64,000 nucleotides of DNA from Thermoproteota archaeon (GTDB lineage Archaea > Thermoproteota > Thermoprotei > Thermofilales > B9-G17): positions 32,001 to 96,000 of the forward strand of contig JAPDJW010000003.1 of the NCBI GenBank assembly GCA_029258885.1. The letters run 5' to 3'. The position numbers and the translations under genes were made by a program. The notes beneath the pieces are model-generated. The model saw only the letters and a list, made by a program, of their open reading frames with translations, was not told the DNA's origin and ran no database searches. Positions 28,220 to 38,547 of this stretch are shown here, in pieces. The stretch's first letter is position 1. Every line of letters begins with the position of its first letter.

Positions 28220-29428
28220 ATGGAGGATTTAATAGCTAAACATAATCCATGGTGGATTGGACGTGAGGATATTACTGTTAAGCGTTGGAGAAATACTAGG
28301 ATAAGGTGGATCCCCGGATGGATAGATAAGGTAAGCCTCAAGCCTTTCTCCCTAAACTTCATCGTAGGGCCCAGGCAGATAGGCAAAACCACCGGAGTAA
28401 AACTGTTGATACATAGGATGCTGAAGAGCCGTTCCCCAGAGTCAATCTTCTACTTCAACTGCGACTTCCTCCCCGATATAGAATCCCTTAGAAAAGTACT
28501 CGATACATACCTTAAGTTCAGAGAGGCTCGCGGCATAAAGACGAGCTACATATTCCTAGATGAAATAACGAGCGTCCCAGAGTGGTGGAGAGTTATAAAG
28601 GGCTATATAGACCTAGGAGTATTTGAAGCAGACGTACTGACGATAACAGGATCTTCCTCAATTAGGCCTAAGGGAGAGACGGAGCTTTTCCCCGGGAGAA
28701 GAGGATTCGGACAAGACATAATTGTACATCCATTATCGTTTAGAGAATTCCTAGAAATACATGGATTAAAGCTCGAGATCACTGGAGACTTAAATAGAGA
28801 TATGGCTACAGCACTAAAATACTCTAGTGAAATTAAGGATATGTTTCCAAGATACTTGGGGAAGGGCGGTTTTCCACTATCAATAAACGACGACCCGACG
28901 GCAGAGGAACAGTTTATGGCTGGGTTTGAGGGCGAGATATTAAAGGCTAAACGAAGCCTAGAGATAGTAAAAGGGATAGTTTCATGCATACTACGTAAAG
29001 CCCCATCGCCTCTCTCGTTCTTAACCATAGGGAGGGAGATAGGCGTATCATACAAAACCGTACAGGACTATATAGGTGTCCTGAGAAACCTATTCGTACT
29101 AGAGGTAGCCCTATACAGGGAGAGCGGGAGAATAATATGGAGAAAAGAGAGAAAGTTCTTCTTCACAGACCCCTTCATAGCACAAACCCTCTCACACTGG
29201 ACAATCACCGAATACCTTAAGGGGGCACTATACGAGTGGATAGTCCAATCCCACCTGCTAAGGCGGTATGGATCAGTATACTACTTCAGAAACAGGTATG
29301 AGGTAGACTGTATAGCCGACAATCTAAAAATAGAGGTAAAAGCAGGCAAGCCGCACAGAAAATACCCCAGAAACACCCTAATACTCGACGAGGAGAAGCT
29401 GCCCGTATTCCTCAGCATAATAGTTTAA
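28220..29428 (+). CDS. AAA_14 ATPase with DUF4143 domain
   Basis: GPRQIGKTT, IFLDEI, TGSS, GGFP, KFFFTDP, EVDC. Confidence 0.93.
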   Translation: MEDLIAKHNPWWIGREDITVKRWRNTRIRWIPGWIDKVSLKPFSLNFIVGPRQIGKTTGVKLLIHRMLKSRSPESIFYFNCDFLPDIESLRKVLDTYLKFREARGIKTSYIFLDEITSVPEWWRVIKGYIDLGVFEADVLTITGSSSIRPKGETELFPGRRGFGQDIIVHPLSFREFLEIHGLKLEITGDLNRDMATALKYSSEIKDMFPRYLGKGGFPLSINDDPTAEEQFMAGFEGEILKAKRSLEIVKGIVSCILRKAPSPLSFLTIGREIGVSYKTVQDYIGVLRNLFVLEVALYRESGRIIWRKERKFFFTDPFIAQTLSHWTITEYLKGALYEWIVQSHLLRRYGSVYYFRNRYEVDCIADNLKIEVKAGKPHRKYPRNTLILDEEKLPVFLSIIV

Positions 29429-29453
29429 TTCCAGCAAACAATTATATCAGATA

Positions 29454-30209
29454 GTGGTCGAAATGAGCCCTAAAATACTATTCTTCATACTAGCATCAAT
29501 AGCCGTAATCCTAGGAATAATGCTATACAGAATCCTCACTCCAGCTCAAGAGGAATATAAGGAGAAGAGGGTCTGCATATACGCTGGCGAGGGGGCAGTA
29601 TTAGCTGGAGACGTAGAGAAGGCTTTAAAGAAGCTCGGCATACCGTACTATAAGGTAGATGAAAACTTCATTAAAAGCGGGAAACTACTAAACTACTGTA
29701 CAGTCCTAATAGTACCAGGTGGATACACTGCGAAATACGTATCAGCGCTAGGAAAAGACGGATTCGAGAAGATAAGGGAGTTTATAGCTAAGGGAGGAGG
29801 ATACATAGGAATATGCGCAGGAGCATACATCGCAGCAAAAACAGTAGAAGTACAGGGACGCCCCGAAGGACTAGGAATAATAAACATAACAAACATTAGA
29901 GTAAGCGGACACGGCCTAGTAAACATAACAATAGTAAACCCAGACTATCCAATAGCAAAAAACCTTCCAGCAAAAATCGAAATATGGTACCAGAACGGCC
30001 CCCACATGAAACCAGGCGAAGGTGTCGAGGTAATAGCAGTATACGACGATGGAACAGCAGCAATAGTAGCAGCAAAATATGGCAATGGAACAGTAATAAT
30101 ATTCAGTCCACATCCAGAGGGGAGCACCTGGGGAAATATAGACCCAGAGAAGGTAGGAACACTAAAACTGCTCGAAAACGCCATAAACTATACGTTAAAT
30201 AGATGTTAA
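29454..30209 (+). CDS. Stand-alone BPL-N (class I GATase-like) domain protein with N-terminal anchor
   Basis: VPGG, GYIGICAGAY nucleophile elbow, FSPHPE. Confidence 0.88.
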   Translation: MVEMSPKILFFILASIAVILGIMLYRILTPAQEEYKEKRVCIYAGEGAVLAGDVEKALKKLGIPYYKVDENFIKSGKLLNYCTVLIVPGGYTAKYVSALGKDGFEKIREFIAKGGGYIGICAGAYIAAKTVEVQGRPEGLGIINITNIRVSGHGLVNITIVNPDYPIAKNLPAKIEIWYQNGPHMKPGEGVEVIAVYDDGTAAIVAAKYGNGTVIIFSPHPEGSTWGNIDPEKVGTLKLLENAINYTLNRC

Positions 30210-30296
30210 ATCATATCATGAATAAAGTATCCAATTTAATTTATTCTATGTTGCTATATTTTATTGAGAAGATGTCGGGTTAACTAGAGTATTTAC

Positions 30297-31472
30297 TTAT
30301 GGGCTTAAGCGAACGTATTTCATGATTTTTCTCGATTTCTGGTATCCAACTATCTTCTCCAGATCCCTAAAGTCCCTTATCTTATGTCCCTCATTAACTG
30401 CATTAAGTATCTTCCTAGCCGTCCTTGGTCCTACCCCAGGCATCCTTATCAAATCCCAATAACTAGCATTATTCAAGTCTATCGGATATAGATACCTATG
30501 TTGTTCAGCATATACTTTCTTCAGGTTTCCTTTGGGTAGCATTCCGTTTTTTGTTAGGTCTAATAGCTCATCCAATCTAAAGCCGTAGTATTTCATTAGG
30601 TAGAATGCTTGATATAGCGTGTAGTCTCTGCCTTCTACACATGGTAGCTTATTTTCCAGTGGTGTGTTGTGTATCGGCGTGAAGGGGCTGTAGTATACTC
30701 TCCTTAATCCATACTCCGTTATTAGTTTGTGGGTTGTTTCGAGGACTTCGACGTCTGTTTCGCCTAATCCGATTATCATTTGCGTTATTACGCCTGATCT
30801 GAGGTATCCATATCCTGACTCCATCCTTTTTTCCGCTAGGTCTCTGTATGCCCTATAGCAGTACTCTAGTCTCTTTAGGATATCGTTTCTATAGCTTCCT
30901 TTATCGGGGCATATGCTATAGAATATGCCCGCTACCGGCGATTCAATGTTTACGCCTATTCTGTCGGCGACTTCAGCAGCCCTATATATTAGATGCCTGC
31001 TTGTGCCAGGCATCATCCTTAAATGTATATATCCCCTGTAGCCGCGTCTCCTAAGCTCCTCGGCCACTAATATTTCCTCCTCTGTTACTTTATCTGGGTC
31101 GCCGTCGACGGATGATGATAGGAATACTCCTCTCACGTACCTCTTTTTGACTAGGTAGAGCGCTACCTTAATCAGCTTCTCGGGATCCCATCTGCATCTC
31201 TCTATGCTTCTATCTCTTCTGAACATGCAGTATAGGCAGTCGTTACTGCATCTATTGGAAAGCAGCGTTTTAAATAGTGGTATGCATCTACTCCTGCCTG
31301 CCGCTTCGAATATGGGTACTATAGTTCTATCCCATTTTGCGCCTAGTACTAGGTGTCTCCACTTGCTCCCTATCATCTCTATATAAGCGGTTAATGAGCT
31401 ACTTTTAAAGGTATTTCCTAGAGTTTGGGGAAAGTATTCTTTGGAAACTCTAATATAGCTATCATCTACCAT
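30297..31472 (-). CDS. Radical SAM protein with C-terminal helix-hairpin-helix (putative DNA modification/repair family)
   Basis: CSNDCLYC (CxxxCxxC), GVFLSSS, GYIHLR, RVYYSPF, LYQAFYL..YYGF, MPGVGPRTA HhH; start may be MIGSK at 31376. Confidence 0.9.
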   Translation of the reverse strand: MVDDSYIRVSKEYFPQTLGNTFKSSSLTAYIEMIGSKWRHLVLGAKWDRTIVPIFEAAGRSRCIPLFKTLLSNRCSNDCLYCMFRRDRSIERCRWDPEKLIKVALYLVKKRYVRGVFLSSSVDGDPDKVTEEEILVAEELRRRGYRGYIHLRMMPGTSRHLIYRAAEVADRIGVNIESPVAGIFYSICPDKGSYRNDILKRLEYCYRAYRDLAEKRMESGYGYLRSGVITQMIIGLGETDVEVLETTHKLITEYGLRRVYYSPFTPIHNTPLENKLPCVEGRDYTLYQAFYLMKYYGFRLDELLDLTKNGMLPKGNLKKVYAEQHRYLYPIDLNNASYWDLIRMPGVGPRTARKILNAVNEGHKIRDFRDLEKIVGYQKSRKIMKYVRLSP

Positions 31473-31484
31473 ATCTATTGAACG

Positions 31485-32186
31485 GTGTACCCGATGATTT
31501 CAATAGTTATACCGACTTATAATGAGAGAGAGAATCTGGAGGAGCTTTTCAAGCGAGTAGATCATGCAATGAGGGGGTTGGATTATGAGATAATTATTGT
31601 GGATGATGATTCACCTGATGGCACGTGGATGAAGGCGAAGGAACTAAGCAGAATGTATCCCGTCAAAGTTATCAGGAGAGTTAATGAACGTGGATTAGCC
31701 TCGGCGGTATTAAGAGGTTTTAGGGAGGCCTCCGGAGATATCATTGTAGTTATGGATGCAGATCTTCAGCATCCCCCTGAAGTAATCCCTAATCTCGTTA
31801 GGAAAGCTTATGAGGGATATGATCTAGTGGTTGCGTCAAGATACATTAAGGGTGGGGGAATGGAGGACTGGCCAATATATAGGAGGCTTGTGTCGAAGGG
31901 AGCTATATTTTTAGCTAGAGTTATTCTGCCTGAGGCTAGGAGAGTTAGAGACTGTGTCTCCGGCTTTTTCCTAGTTAAACGTAGTATAGTCGAGGGCGTA
32001 AAGCTTAGTCCCACGGGATTTAAACTATTGCTTGAAATACTTGTTAAATGTAAGCCTAAGCTTATATGCGAGGTTCCATATACATTCAGATCCAGAAGCA
32101 GGGGAAAAAGTAAGCTGGAATATATGGAGTATATCAATTACTTAAGGCATCTTCTAAGGCTCGCTATATGGAGGCTGTATTCTTAG
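31485..32186 (+). CDS. Polyprenol-phosphate mannose synthase-like GT2
   Basis: IPTYNEREN, VDDDSPDGT, MDADLQHPPE. Confidence 0.95.
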   Translation: MYPMISIVIPTYNERENLEELFKRVDHAMRGLDYEIIIVDDDSPDGTWMKAKELSRMYPVKVIRRVNERGLASAVLRGFREASGDIIVVMDADLQHPPEVIPNLVRKAYEGYDLVVASRYIKGGGMEDWPIYRRLVSKGAIFLARVILPEARRVRDCVSGFFLVKRSIVEGVKLSPTGFKLLLEILVKCKPKLICEVPYTFRSRSRGKSKLEYMEYINYLRHLLRLAIWRLYS

Positions 32187-32650
32187 CTTGAGGATAGGGC
32201 TTTTTCAAGCTTGGGATAGTTAGGTAATATTCTACCTAGAAATTCTACTATTCCGCTCATCATTCCTGCCAGTTCACTTGCAAAATTTTCGTAGGATAAA
32301 GCACTTAAGTATATCCATGCATAAAGTACTAGAGTGTTGTTCTGCTTATCCACTCCAAAATTTAGCTCAGGCGATGAAGTATTAGCTTTAAGTATGTCTA
32401 GGTAGAATTTCTCTTTATCCATGTCCTCAGGTATACTGCTAAGAGACATTATTGGTGCAATAATCTTCAGCCAATCTCCTGTTGGAACGAAATATATTGG
32501 CATATCTCCAGTAATAACTTTACCTGTCTTAACGTTAATTACTTGAGTCTTAAAATGGGTTTCAATATATCCATCCTTAATTTTTATTCTATCCTCCTCA
32601 ACTCCATAAGTCTTTAAATAACTAATTATTAGGCCGATTACATCCTTCAT
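32183..32650 (-). CDS. YbjN-like (T3SS-chaperone fold) protein
   Basis: Pattern of beta strands, KFYLDILKAN, NFGVDK and final helix typical of YbjN-like folds. Confidence 0.6.
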   Translation of the reverse strand: MKDVIGLIISYLKTYGVEEDRIKIKDGYIETHFKTQVINVKTGKVITGDMPIYFVPTGDWLKIIAPIMSLSSIPEDMDKEKFYLDILKANTSSPELNFGVDKQNNTLVLYAWIYLSALSYENFASELAGMMSGIVEFLGRILPNYPKLEKALSSS

Positions 32651-33469
32651 GTAGAAGATATATCCTAAAAAATATTTAAGTATTATTCTTAAATATTAAT
32701 CCTATATAATATTTCCCAGAACAGCATATTTATTTATAAATACAAGCTTTTCATATTAATCCATGTGAATAATTGTTAGCACATAATGCAGTTTATTAAT
32801 TGTAGTGGGGGTTTGTGGAGTCTCTGAAGAAGTTACTCTATCCGTGGACGCAGATCTTCAGCATTCTCTTAAAGTAATTCCGATTTCGTTGAGAGGCCTA
32901 TGAGGGATCATGTGTAGAGGATTAGCCGCTTTATAGAAGATAGTCTCAAAGGGGAGCCATATTTCTAGCTAAGACTAGGAGTCTGAGACTTCGGAAATGA
33001 AGTCTTTCCCACAGAACATAGCTTAGTTGAGGATAAAGAGTTTAATCCACTAGAATATAAGATGTTTGCTCTTTGAGACGTTAGTTAAATGTAAGCTTAA
33101 GAGAATATGTGAAGTTTCATCTAGTTTCGTTTAAGAAGTAGGGATAAAGAAGAGAGATGTATTTCCTGTAATAACTTTGCTTTTTTATCAATCATTTGTA
33201 TTTTAAATTCCGTTTTCAATGCTATCTTCCTTAGCTTAATTTATCCTGCTCAACTCAACGCAAGTTGTCCATAGCTAATACTATATTCCCTAAAATATTT
33301 AAATTTTTACATAAGCTTCAATATTCTACTAAAAGTGGCATGAAACTGAAAACTATATTCTCCCATGATCCACCTTCGGCTATGCTTACGCGACTGTCAT
33401 CTACATCTTCTATCGGTATTTAGAGTAGCCTATTTATGGAAAGGTTTTTATATGGAATTATCGAAGTAA

Positions 33470-33769
33470 ATGCTCACTGTGATATCCATGTCATATAGCA
33501 TGTTTTATCAGCTAACACTAAGCCTAGCAGTTTCACAGACTTCACTATACCTAGCTAGGAGAATAAATCTAAGAGTTAAGCTTCTAGGGATTAGAATTCA
33601 CCATTGGATGCTAGGACTTCTAACGTTGATTGTATCATTTATTGCTAAATCGATATTCCCCTTCGAGATGTTTGTCTCTGTATTCTTTACAGGATTTCAA
33701 ATATTTCTGGATGATTTAAGGGATTTTATAAGTTTCATTAAACAGATATTTAATATGCTTCATAGATAA
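33470..33769 (+). CDS. Small membrane protein
   Basis: RIHHWMLG motif, three hydrophobic segments, IFLDDL.DF. Confidence 0.6.
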   Translation: MLTVISMSYSMFYQLTLSLAVSQTSLYLARRINLRVKLLGIRIHHWMLGLLTLIVSFIAKSIFPFEMFVSVFFTGFQIFLDDLRDFISFIKQIFNMLHR

Positions 33770-33826
33770 AGTAAATATATTAATTTATTTAAAAAGTTAT
33801 ATAGCTCAGTATAGATATCTATCTGT

Positions 33827-35920
33827 GTGGTGAATGAAATGCAGCGTACCCCGCTTATTATTTTATTTTTCTTATCATATCTTCTTCTACCTTATGCTAA
33901 TTCGCTGGGACATACAACGGAAACTATCCTACGTTGTGATCTAGTACTATGTAGAATGGTCTATAGCGACTGGAGTTACGTACCGCTTGAGGATAACACC
34001 ATCGACTATGGTAATATCGTTTATATTTACAGTGAAGTAGAGGTTAGAGGTCTAGTTAGAGAAGGCGGCAAGTATCTGTACAATATTAGTTGGAGACTAA
34101 AAGTATACGATCCATACAACGTCTCTGTTCTCTCCGGTACATCCTCAACGGGGCTTAAAAGGGAGGAGGCCGACACTATTGTATGGAAAATATACTGGAA
34201 GTGGCGGCCGAAGCATGTAGCAAGCCTATGGATATTCAGCGGCGAATATCGAGTCGTCCTCGAGGTTTATGACTGGATCTCCGGGCATAGAGTTATTAAT
34301 ACTACGATTTTGATTATTAGGAATGGTCTTACTCCTAGGCTAGAATATAGGTTAAGGAACGAGTTGATCTTAGAGAATCCATCCGGTAAAGAGGTTAAGA
34401 TACCGCAGCTCTCGATGGCTGTTATAAGGACTATTAAGCCTTTTCAGATAGTTACTTCAGGTCCTAGCTTTAATGTTGAGCCTACATGCTATGTGACGGA
34501 TGAGTACGGTAACGTGTATGCTTTATTTAAGGACTTAGTACTGAAGCCCTATGGTAAACTCGTAATTTACTCAAACTATACAGTTAAGATAAACGTTATA
34601 AGATATGTTAACCCAAACACCGTGCTAAGTGACTTAATGGATTTACCTGAAAACATGACCTCTTTTATTGAGCCCGAGAAGTACATAGAATCTAATAGTA
34701 GCGAGATAATAAATGAGGCGCTGAGGCTAAAGGAAGGCGTCAATAATGTGTATGATATATGCTGTAATATAGCTGAATTCACATCAACCTACATAGAATA
34801 CATAGATAAGCCTGTCGACGCGGGTGCTTTATGGACCTACCTGAATAGGAAGGGGCAGTGTATACAGTTCTCAAGGTTATATGTAGCGCTTGCTAGAGCT
34901 CTAGGAATACCAGCACAAGTGGTGTCTGGGTATGGCTTCATAGATAGTGGTTTAAAGGCTGTTGAGGAGGGAGTGTGGTATAAGGTATCCAGCTTCCATG
35001 CCTGGGTTATGGTCTACATACCCGGATGCGGATGGATTCCCGTTGAACCTCAGCGTGGATCCGAGTTTTTCGGCCTTATACCCTATACGCATATTCTGCT
35101 CGTCAGGAATACTGGTAGACCTATTCAGCTATGCGGGAGAAAATGGTTGGTAACGGCGTTCCACTATGAGTATGTCGGCCCGGAGCCTAAGGCATACATG
35201 AACTTATACTGGATGGTTAGGAGTCTTCCCGAGGAGCTTAAGAATTTAAGCATTGATATCTCGTACTATAATGAGACCGTGTATGCTGGCGGCAAGCTCG
35301 TTATCGAAGGTCATCTTTCTGCTCCAATTAACGGTACCTTAAACATCGTACTGAGGTCGCCTGTAAACAACGTGTATTTCCACGAATGTACGTTTATAAA
35401 TGGATACTTCAGACTCGCCGTAAATATACCAGCTAAAACTACATCGCTTGGAACATGGCTAGTAAAGCTGATCTGGCCCGGTGGATTAGGCTACACCTAT
35501 ACCGAGAAATCGCTGAGCTTCGAGGCTCTAAGTAAGTCTTCAAGCATACATCTAACCGTTCCCAAGGAGGTTACGGCTGGTGATAAGCTGAGTATTTCTG
35601 GATACCTGATTCCAGGGCTCGCTAACGAAACCATAGTTATCAAGCTGCTGGGGCCGAAGGATATTATTATAGTACGTAATGCAACGACGGGAATTGGCGG
35701 AGAATTTACCCTAGAAATTTCAACTGAGGGTTTCATCCCGGGAGAATGGAGGATACATGTCGAATGGAGCGGAGGGGAAAGGGATTACGTATACGATGGC
35801 TGTAGCGTTGAATATATGCTAATTGTTAAGGAGAATCCACTCTATAAGCTTCTTCTACCCTTGGTAGCATTAATAGTAGTCATCATAGTTATAGTCGCAG
35901 TCTTAAAGAAGCTACGCTAA
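33827..35920 (+). CDS. Surface-anchored transglutaminase-domain protein with Ig-like repeats
   Basis: Signal peptide, GQCIQFS..YVALARALGIPA, FHAWV, C-terminal TM and basic tail. Confidence 0.9.
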   Translation: MVNEMQRTPLIILFFLSYLLLPYANSLGHTTETILRCDLVLCRMVYSDWSYVPLEDNTIDYGNIVYIYSEVEVRGLVREGGKYLYNISWRLKVYDPYNVSVLSGTSSTGLKREEADTIVWKIYWKWRPKHVASLWIFSGEYRVVLEVYDWISGHRVINTTILIIRNGLTPRLEYRLRNELILENPSGKEVKIPQLSMAVIRTIKPFQIVTSGPSFNVEPTCYVTDEYGNVYALFKDLVLKPYGKLVIYSNYTVKINVIRYVNPNTVLSDLMDLPENMTSFIEPEKYIESNSSEIINEALRLKEGVNNVYDICCNIAEFTSTYIEYIDKPVDAGALWTYLNRKGQCIQFSRLYVALARALGIPAQVVSGYGFIDSGLKAVEEGVWYKVSSFHAWVMVYIPGCGWIPVEPQRGSEFFGLIPYTHILLVRNTGRPIQLCGRKWLVTAFHYEYVGPEPKAYMNLYWMVRSLPEELKNLSIDISYYNETVYAGGKLVIEGHLSAPINGTLNIVLRSPVNNVYFHECTFINGYFRLAVNIPAKTTSLGTWLVKLIWPGGLGYTYTEKSLSFEALSKSSSIHLTVPKEVTAGDKLSISGYLIPGLANETIVIKLLGPKDIIIVRNATTGIGGEFTLEISTEGFIPGEWRIHVEWSGGERDYVYDGCSVEYMLIVKENPLYKLLLPLVALIVVIIVIVAVLKKLR

Positions 35921-35999
35921 AAGATTAAATCATCCTTTTATCTAAATTTCAGCTATAGATACAGTAAGCTTATATAGCTTCTAACTCATATCTACCCCC

Positions 36000-37067
36000 A
36001 TGTATCCGCCGCCTCCTCCCGAGAGTAAAGGTAAAAGTGTTGTCTGGATTATACTAGGTATAGTTATAGGCTTTCTGCTCGGCTTTAGTCTGGAGTACTC
36101 CATAGCTACCTCCGAGATATTGTCGCTAAAAAATAGAATTTCAACGCTAGAAAACAGCCTTATTCAGTGCCAGAGCAGCCTTGAAAGCCTCAGCCAAGAG
36201 TATCAGCAGCTAAGCAGCGAGTATTCTATCCTGGTGCAAAACTATACTATACTAAGCCAGAAGTATAACCAACTGCTCGAGGAACATCTTGTGCTTATCA
36301 ATAACTATACTCAGCTTAAGCAGAAACTTACTGAGCTTGAGGAGCTTAACGAGAAGTTTCAGAACCAGACACGTGAAGTCCTGTATTACCGCATATTTAC
36401 GATCTACAACTATAAGACAGGGGAGTACTGGTATGCATGGTATAGAATTAGGGCTTCAGACTACTACCACTACAGGTTTGACGTCGAGACCCATACACCA
36501 GCTAAGCTAAACGACAGGTTTACTGAGGAGCTTCTCAGGAAGGCAGTACTATCGTGGAGAGACATGGAAAGCATGGTTATTAGGGAGATAGCTGACGACT
36601 TATGGTATATTAGCGGCGGAGACGAGGAATTGTTCGTAAACTTAGTCATCCAGTTTGTTCACCAGATATACTACAACGTAACCTCATATACCAAGTATCC
36701 TATAGAAACTCTAGTAGAGGGCTCTGGAGACTGCGATAATCTCGCTGTTTTCGCAGCATCGATTCTCAACGCTAAAGGGTTTGACGTCCTCTTGATGCTT
36801 GTTAAAGCAGATGGCGGAGCGCATGCCATGCTGGCGGTAAACATACCTTCTCCAGACGACTTATTCACCTACGGCAATAGAGACTATAGATACTACTATG
36901 AATATAATGGCGTGAAATACTGGCTAATAGAGGCCACATGGAGCAGAATAGACGAGGATTGGATTGACCCTGCTACACCTGAAGCATACGATTATTTAGG
37001 TTCGTTTGTCGGCGATAATCCCTGGGAGAGCATAGAAGTGGTAAGTGTAATTGAATTTAGGGGCTGA
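36000..37067 (+). CDS. Membrane-anchored coiled-coil protein with transglutaminase-like cysteine protease domain
   Basis: TM, heptad stalk, then YPIETL..GSGDCDNLA, HAMLAV, IEAT. Confidence 0.85.
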   Translation: MYPPPPPESKGKSVVWIILGIVIGFLLGFSLEYSIATSEILSLKNRISTLENSLIQCQSSLESLSQEYQQLSSEYSILVQNYTILSQKYNQLLEEHLVLINNYTQLKQKLTELEELNEKFQNQTREVLYYRIFTIYNYKTGEYWYAWYRIRASDYYHYRFDVETHTPAKLNDRFTEELLRKAVLSWRDMESMVIREIADDLWYISGGDEELFVNLVIQFVHQIYYNVTSYTKYPIETLVEGSGDCDNLAVFAASILNAKGFDVLLMLVKADGGAHAMLAVNIPSPDDLFTYGNRDYRYYYEYNGVKYWLIEATWSRIDEDWIDPATPEAYDYLGSFVGDNPWESIEVVSVIEFRG

Positions 37068-37870
37068 GCTAGAATACCTTTTTTTCTCTTAATATATGCG
37101 TATATCGATACAGCTATGAATATCACGGTAGCTGTAACCACTATGCAAGCACCTACTGGTAAGTTAAGGATAAACGACAATATTACTCCCGCCGACCCCG
37201 ATGTTCCTCCAATAAGTGCCGATAGCAATATCATACGTTTAATGTTTTCAGCTGTGAAACCGCATGCAGCTGGTATATATAGTAGACTGAAGACAAGGAA
37301 TCCACCAACTATCTTAAGTGAAACCGAGATTGCAACGCCCGAGAGAATAGTTAGAAGGTAAACGTATAATCTAGTATTTACTCCCTCAGCTTCAGCAAGC
37401 CTTCTATCGAAGAGTATGCTTTGAAACCTGTTCCAGAGTAATGCGAGAACTAGTGCATATAGGTACGCTAATATTGCTAATACCGCCAAATACGTTCGAG
37501 TAACAGCCAATATACTACCCCAAAGTATTCCCCCGACCTTCTCGGCCGCTAGCGTTGGACCCGGAGATAGGAATATGAATATGAAGGTTAAGGCATTGTA
37601 CGTTGAAAACATAACCATAGCTAATGTATCGGAAGGCACTCCCGTCGCATCAGACAGCGGCCCAATTATAACAGAGGATAATATTGCAAGCATCATGGCT
37701 GTATACAGGGGATCGATGTTAAGAAATAGGCCTAATGCAGCTCCAAACAGTGCTGCATGAGCTATAGCGAAGACTAGTGTCGAGAGACGAAGCCTTGCGA
37801 TGAGAACCCCTGATATCCCGCAGAGGGATCCAGCTATAATTGAAGCCGATAAAACAGTTAGGAGGAACAT
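36992..37870 (-). CDS. Metal ABC transporter permease
   Basis: IAHAALFG, LWGSILAV, VGGFLVF; start moved to MFLLT. Confidence 0.92.
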   Translation of the reverse strand: MFLLTVLSASIIAGSLCGISGVLIARLRLSTLVFAIAHAALFGAALGLFLNIDPLYTAMMLAILSSVIIGPLSDATGVPSDTLAMVMFSTYNALTFIFIFLSPGPTLAAEKVGGILWGSILAVTRTYLAVLAILAYLYALVLALLWNRFQSILFDRRLAEAEGVNTRLYVYLLTILSGVAISVSLKIVGGFLVFSLLYIPAACGFTAENIKRMILLSALIGGTSGSAGVILSFILNLPVGACIVVTATVIFIAVSIYAYIKRKKGILAQPLNSITLTTSMLSQGLSPTNEPK

Positions 37871-38547
37871 CTCTCCACACCAGCTATGCATCCATCAACC
37901 AAGCGAACGCGCATAGTTAATCCAGCAATTTTAGGTGGAGCATGGGATACTAGGACGATAGTCATGCCCTTGCGATTAAGCTTATACAGTAGGTCGGCTA
38001 CAAACCTCCTCGAATCATCATCCAGTGAGCTAAACGGCTCATCTAGGAGAAGAAGCTTTGGGTCCCTAGAGAGAGCCCTAGCTAAAAACACTTTTTGCTG
38101 TTGTCCTCCACTCAACCTCCCGATAGGTCTGTCGCTGAGCTTATCTATGCCTAACAGCTTAAGCACCTCATCAACCCTCTTCCAATCGTCCCTGCTCAGC
38201 CTACCTAGGGCTCTCTTTGATGCAAGGCCCATAGCAACAATCTCCCTAACCTTAAACGGTTCGTCAGGTTTTTTCATGAAGTCCTGCGGAAGATAACTAC
38301 ACATCATCCTAGCCTTATACGGGCTTCTAACCATATCGTGGCCGAATACCTTAACTATTCCGCTGACCGGTTTAAGTATCCCAAGTATCGTTTCAAGAAG
38401 CGTTGTCTTGCCTGAACCATTTGGACCGGTAACTAGAACATAGTCCCCAGCATTAATTTCTAAGCTAATATTTCTTATTGCTGGCCTATTCTCTCCCGAA
38501 TAAATTGTTGTCACGTTTCGTAGCTCAACCGCTGGGTCTAGCACCAT
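37858..38547 (-). CDS. Metal ABC transporter ATP-binding protein
   Basis: GPNGSGKT, LSGGQQQK, LDEPF, VSH. Confidence 0.95.
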   Translation of the reverse strand: MVLDPAVELRNVTTIYSGENRPAIRNISLEINAGDYVLVTGPNGSGKTTLLETILGILKPVSGIVKVFGHDMVRSPYKARMMCSYLPQDFMKKPDEPFKVREIVAMGLASKRALGRLSRDDWKRVDEVLKLLGIDKLSDRPIGRLSGGQQQKVFLARALSRDPKLLLLDEPFSSLDDDSRRFVADLLYKLNRKGMTIVLVSHAPPKIAGLTMRVRLVDGCIAGVERCSS

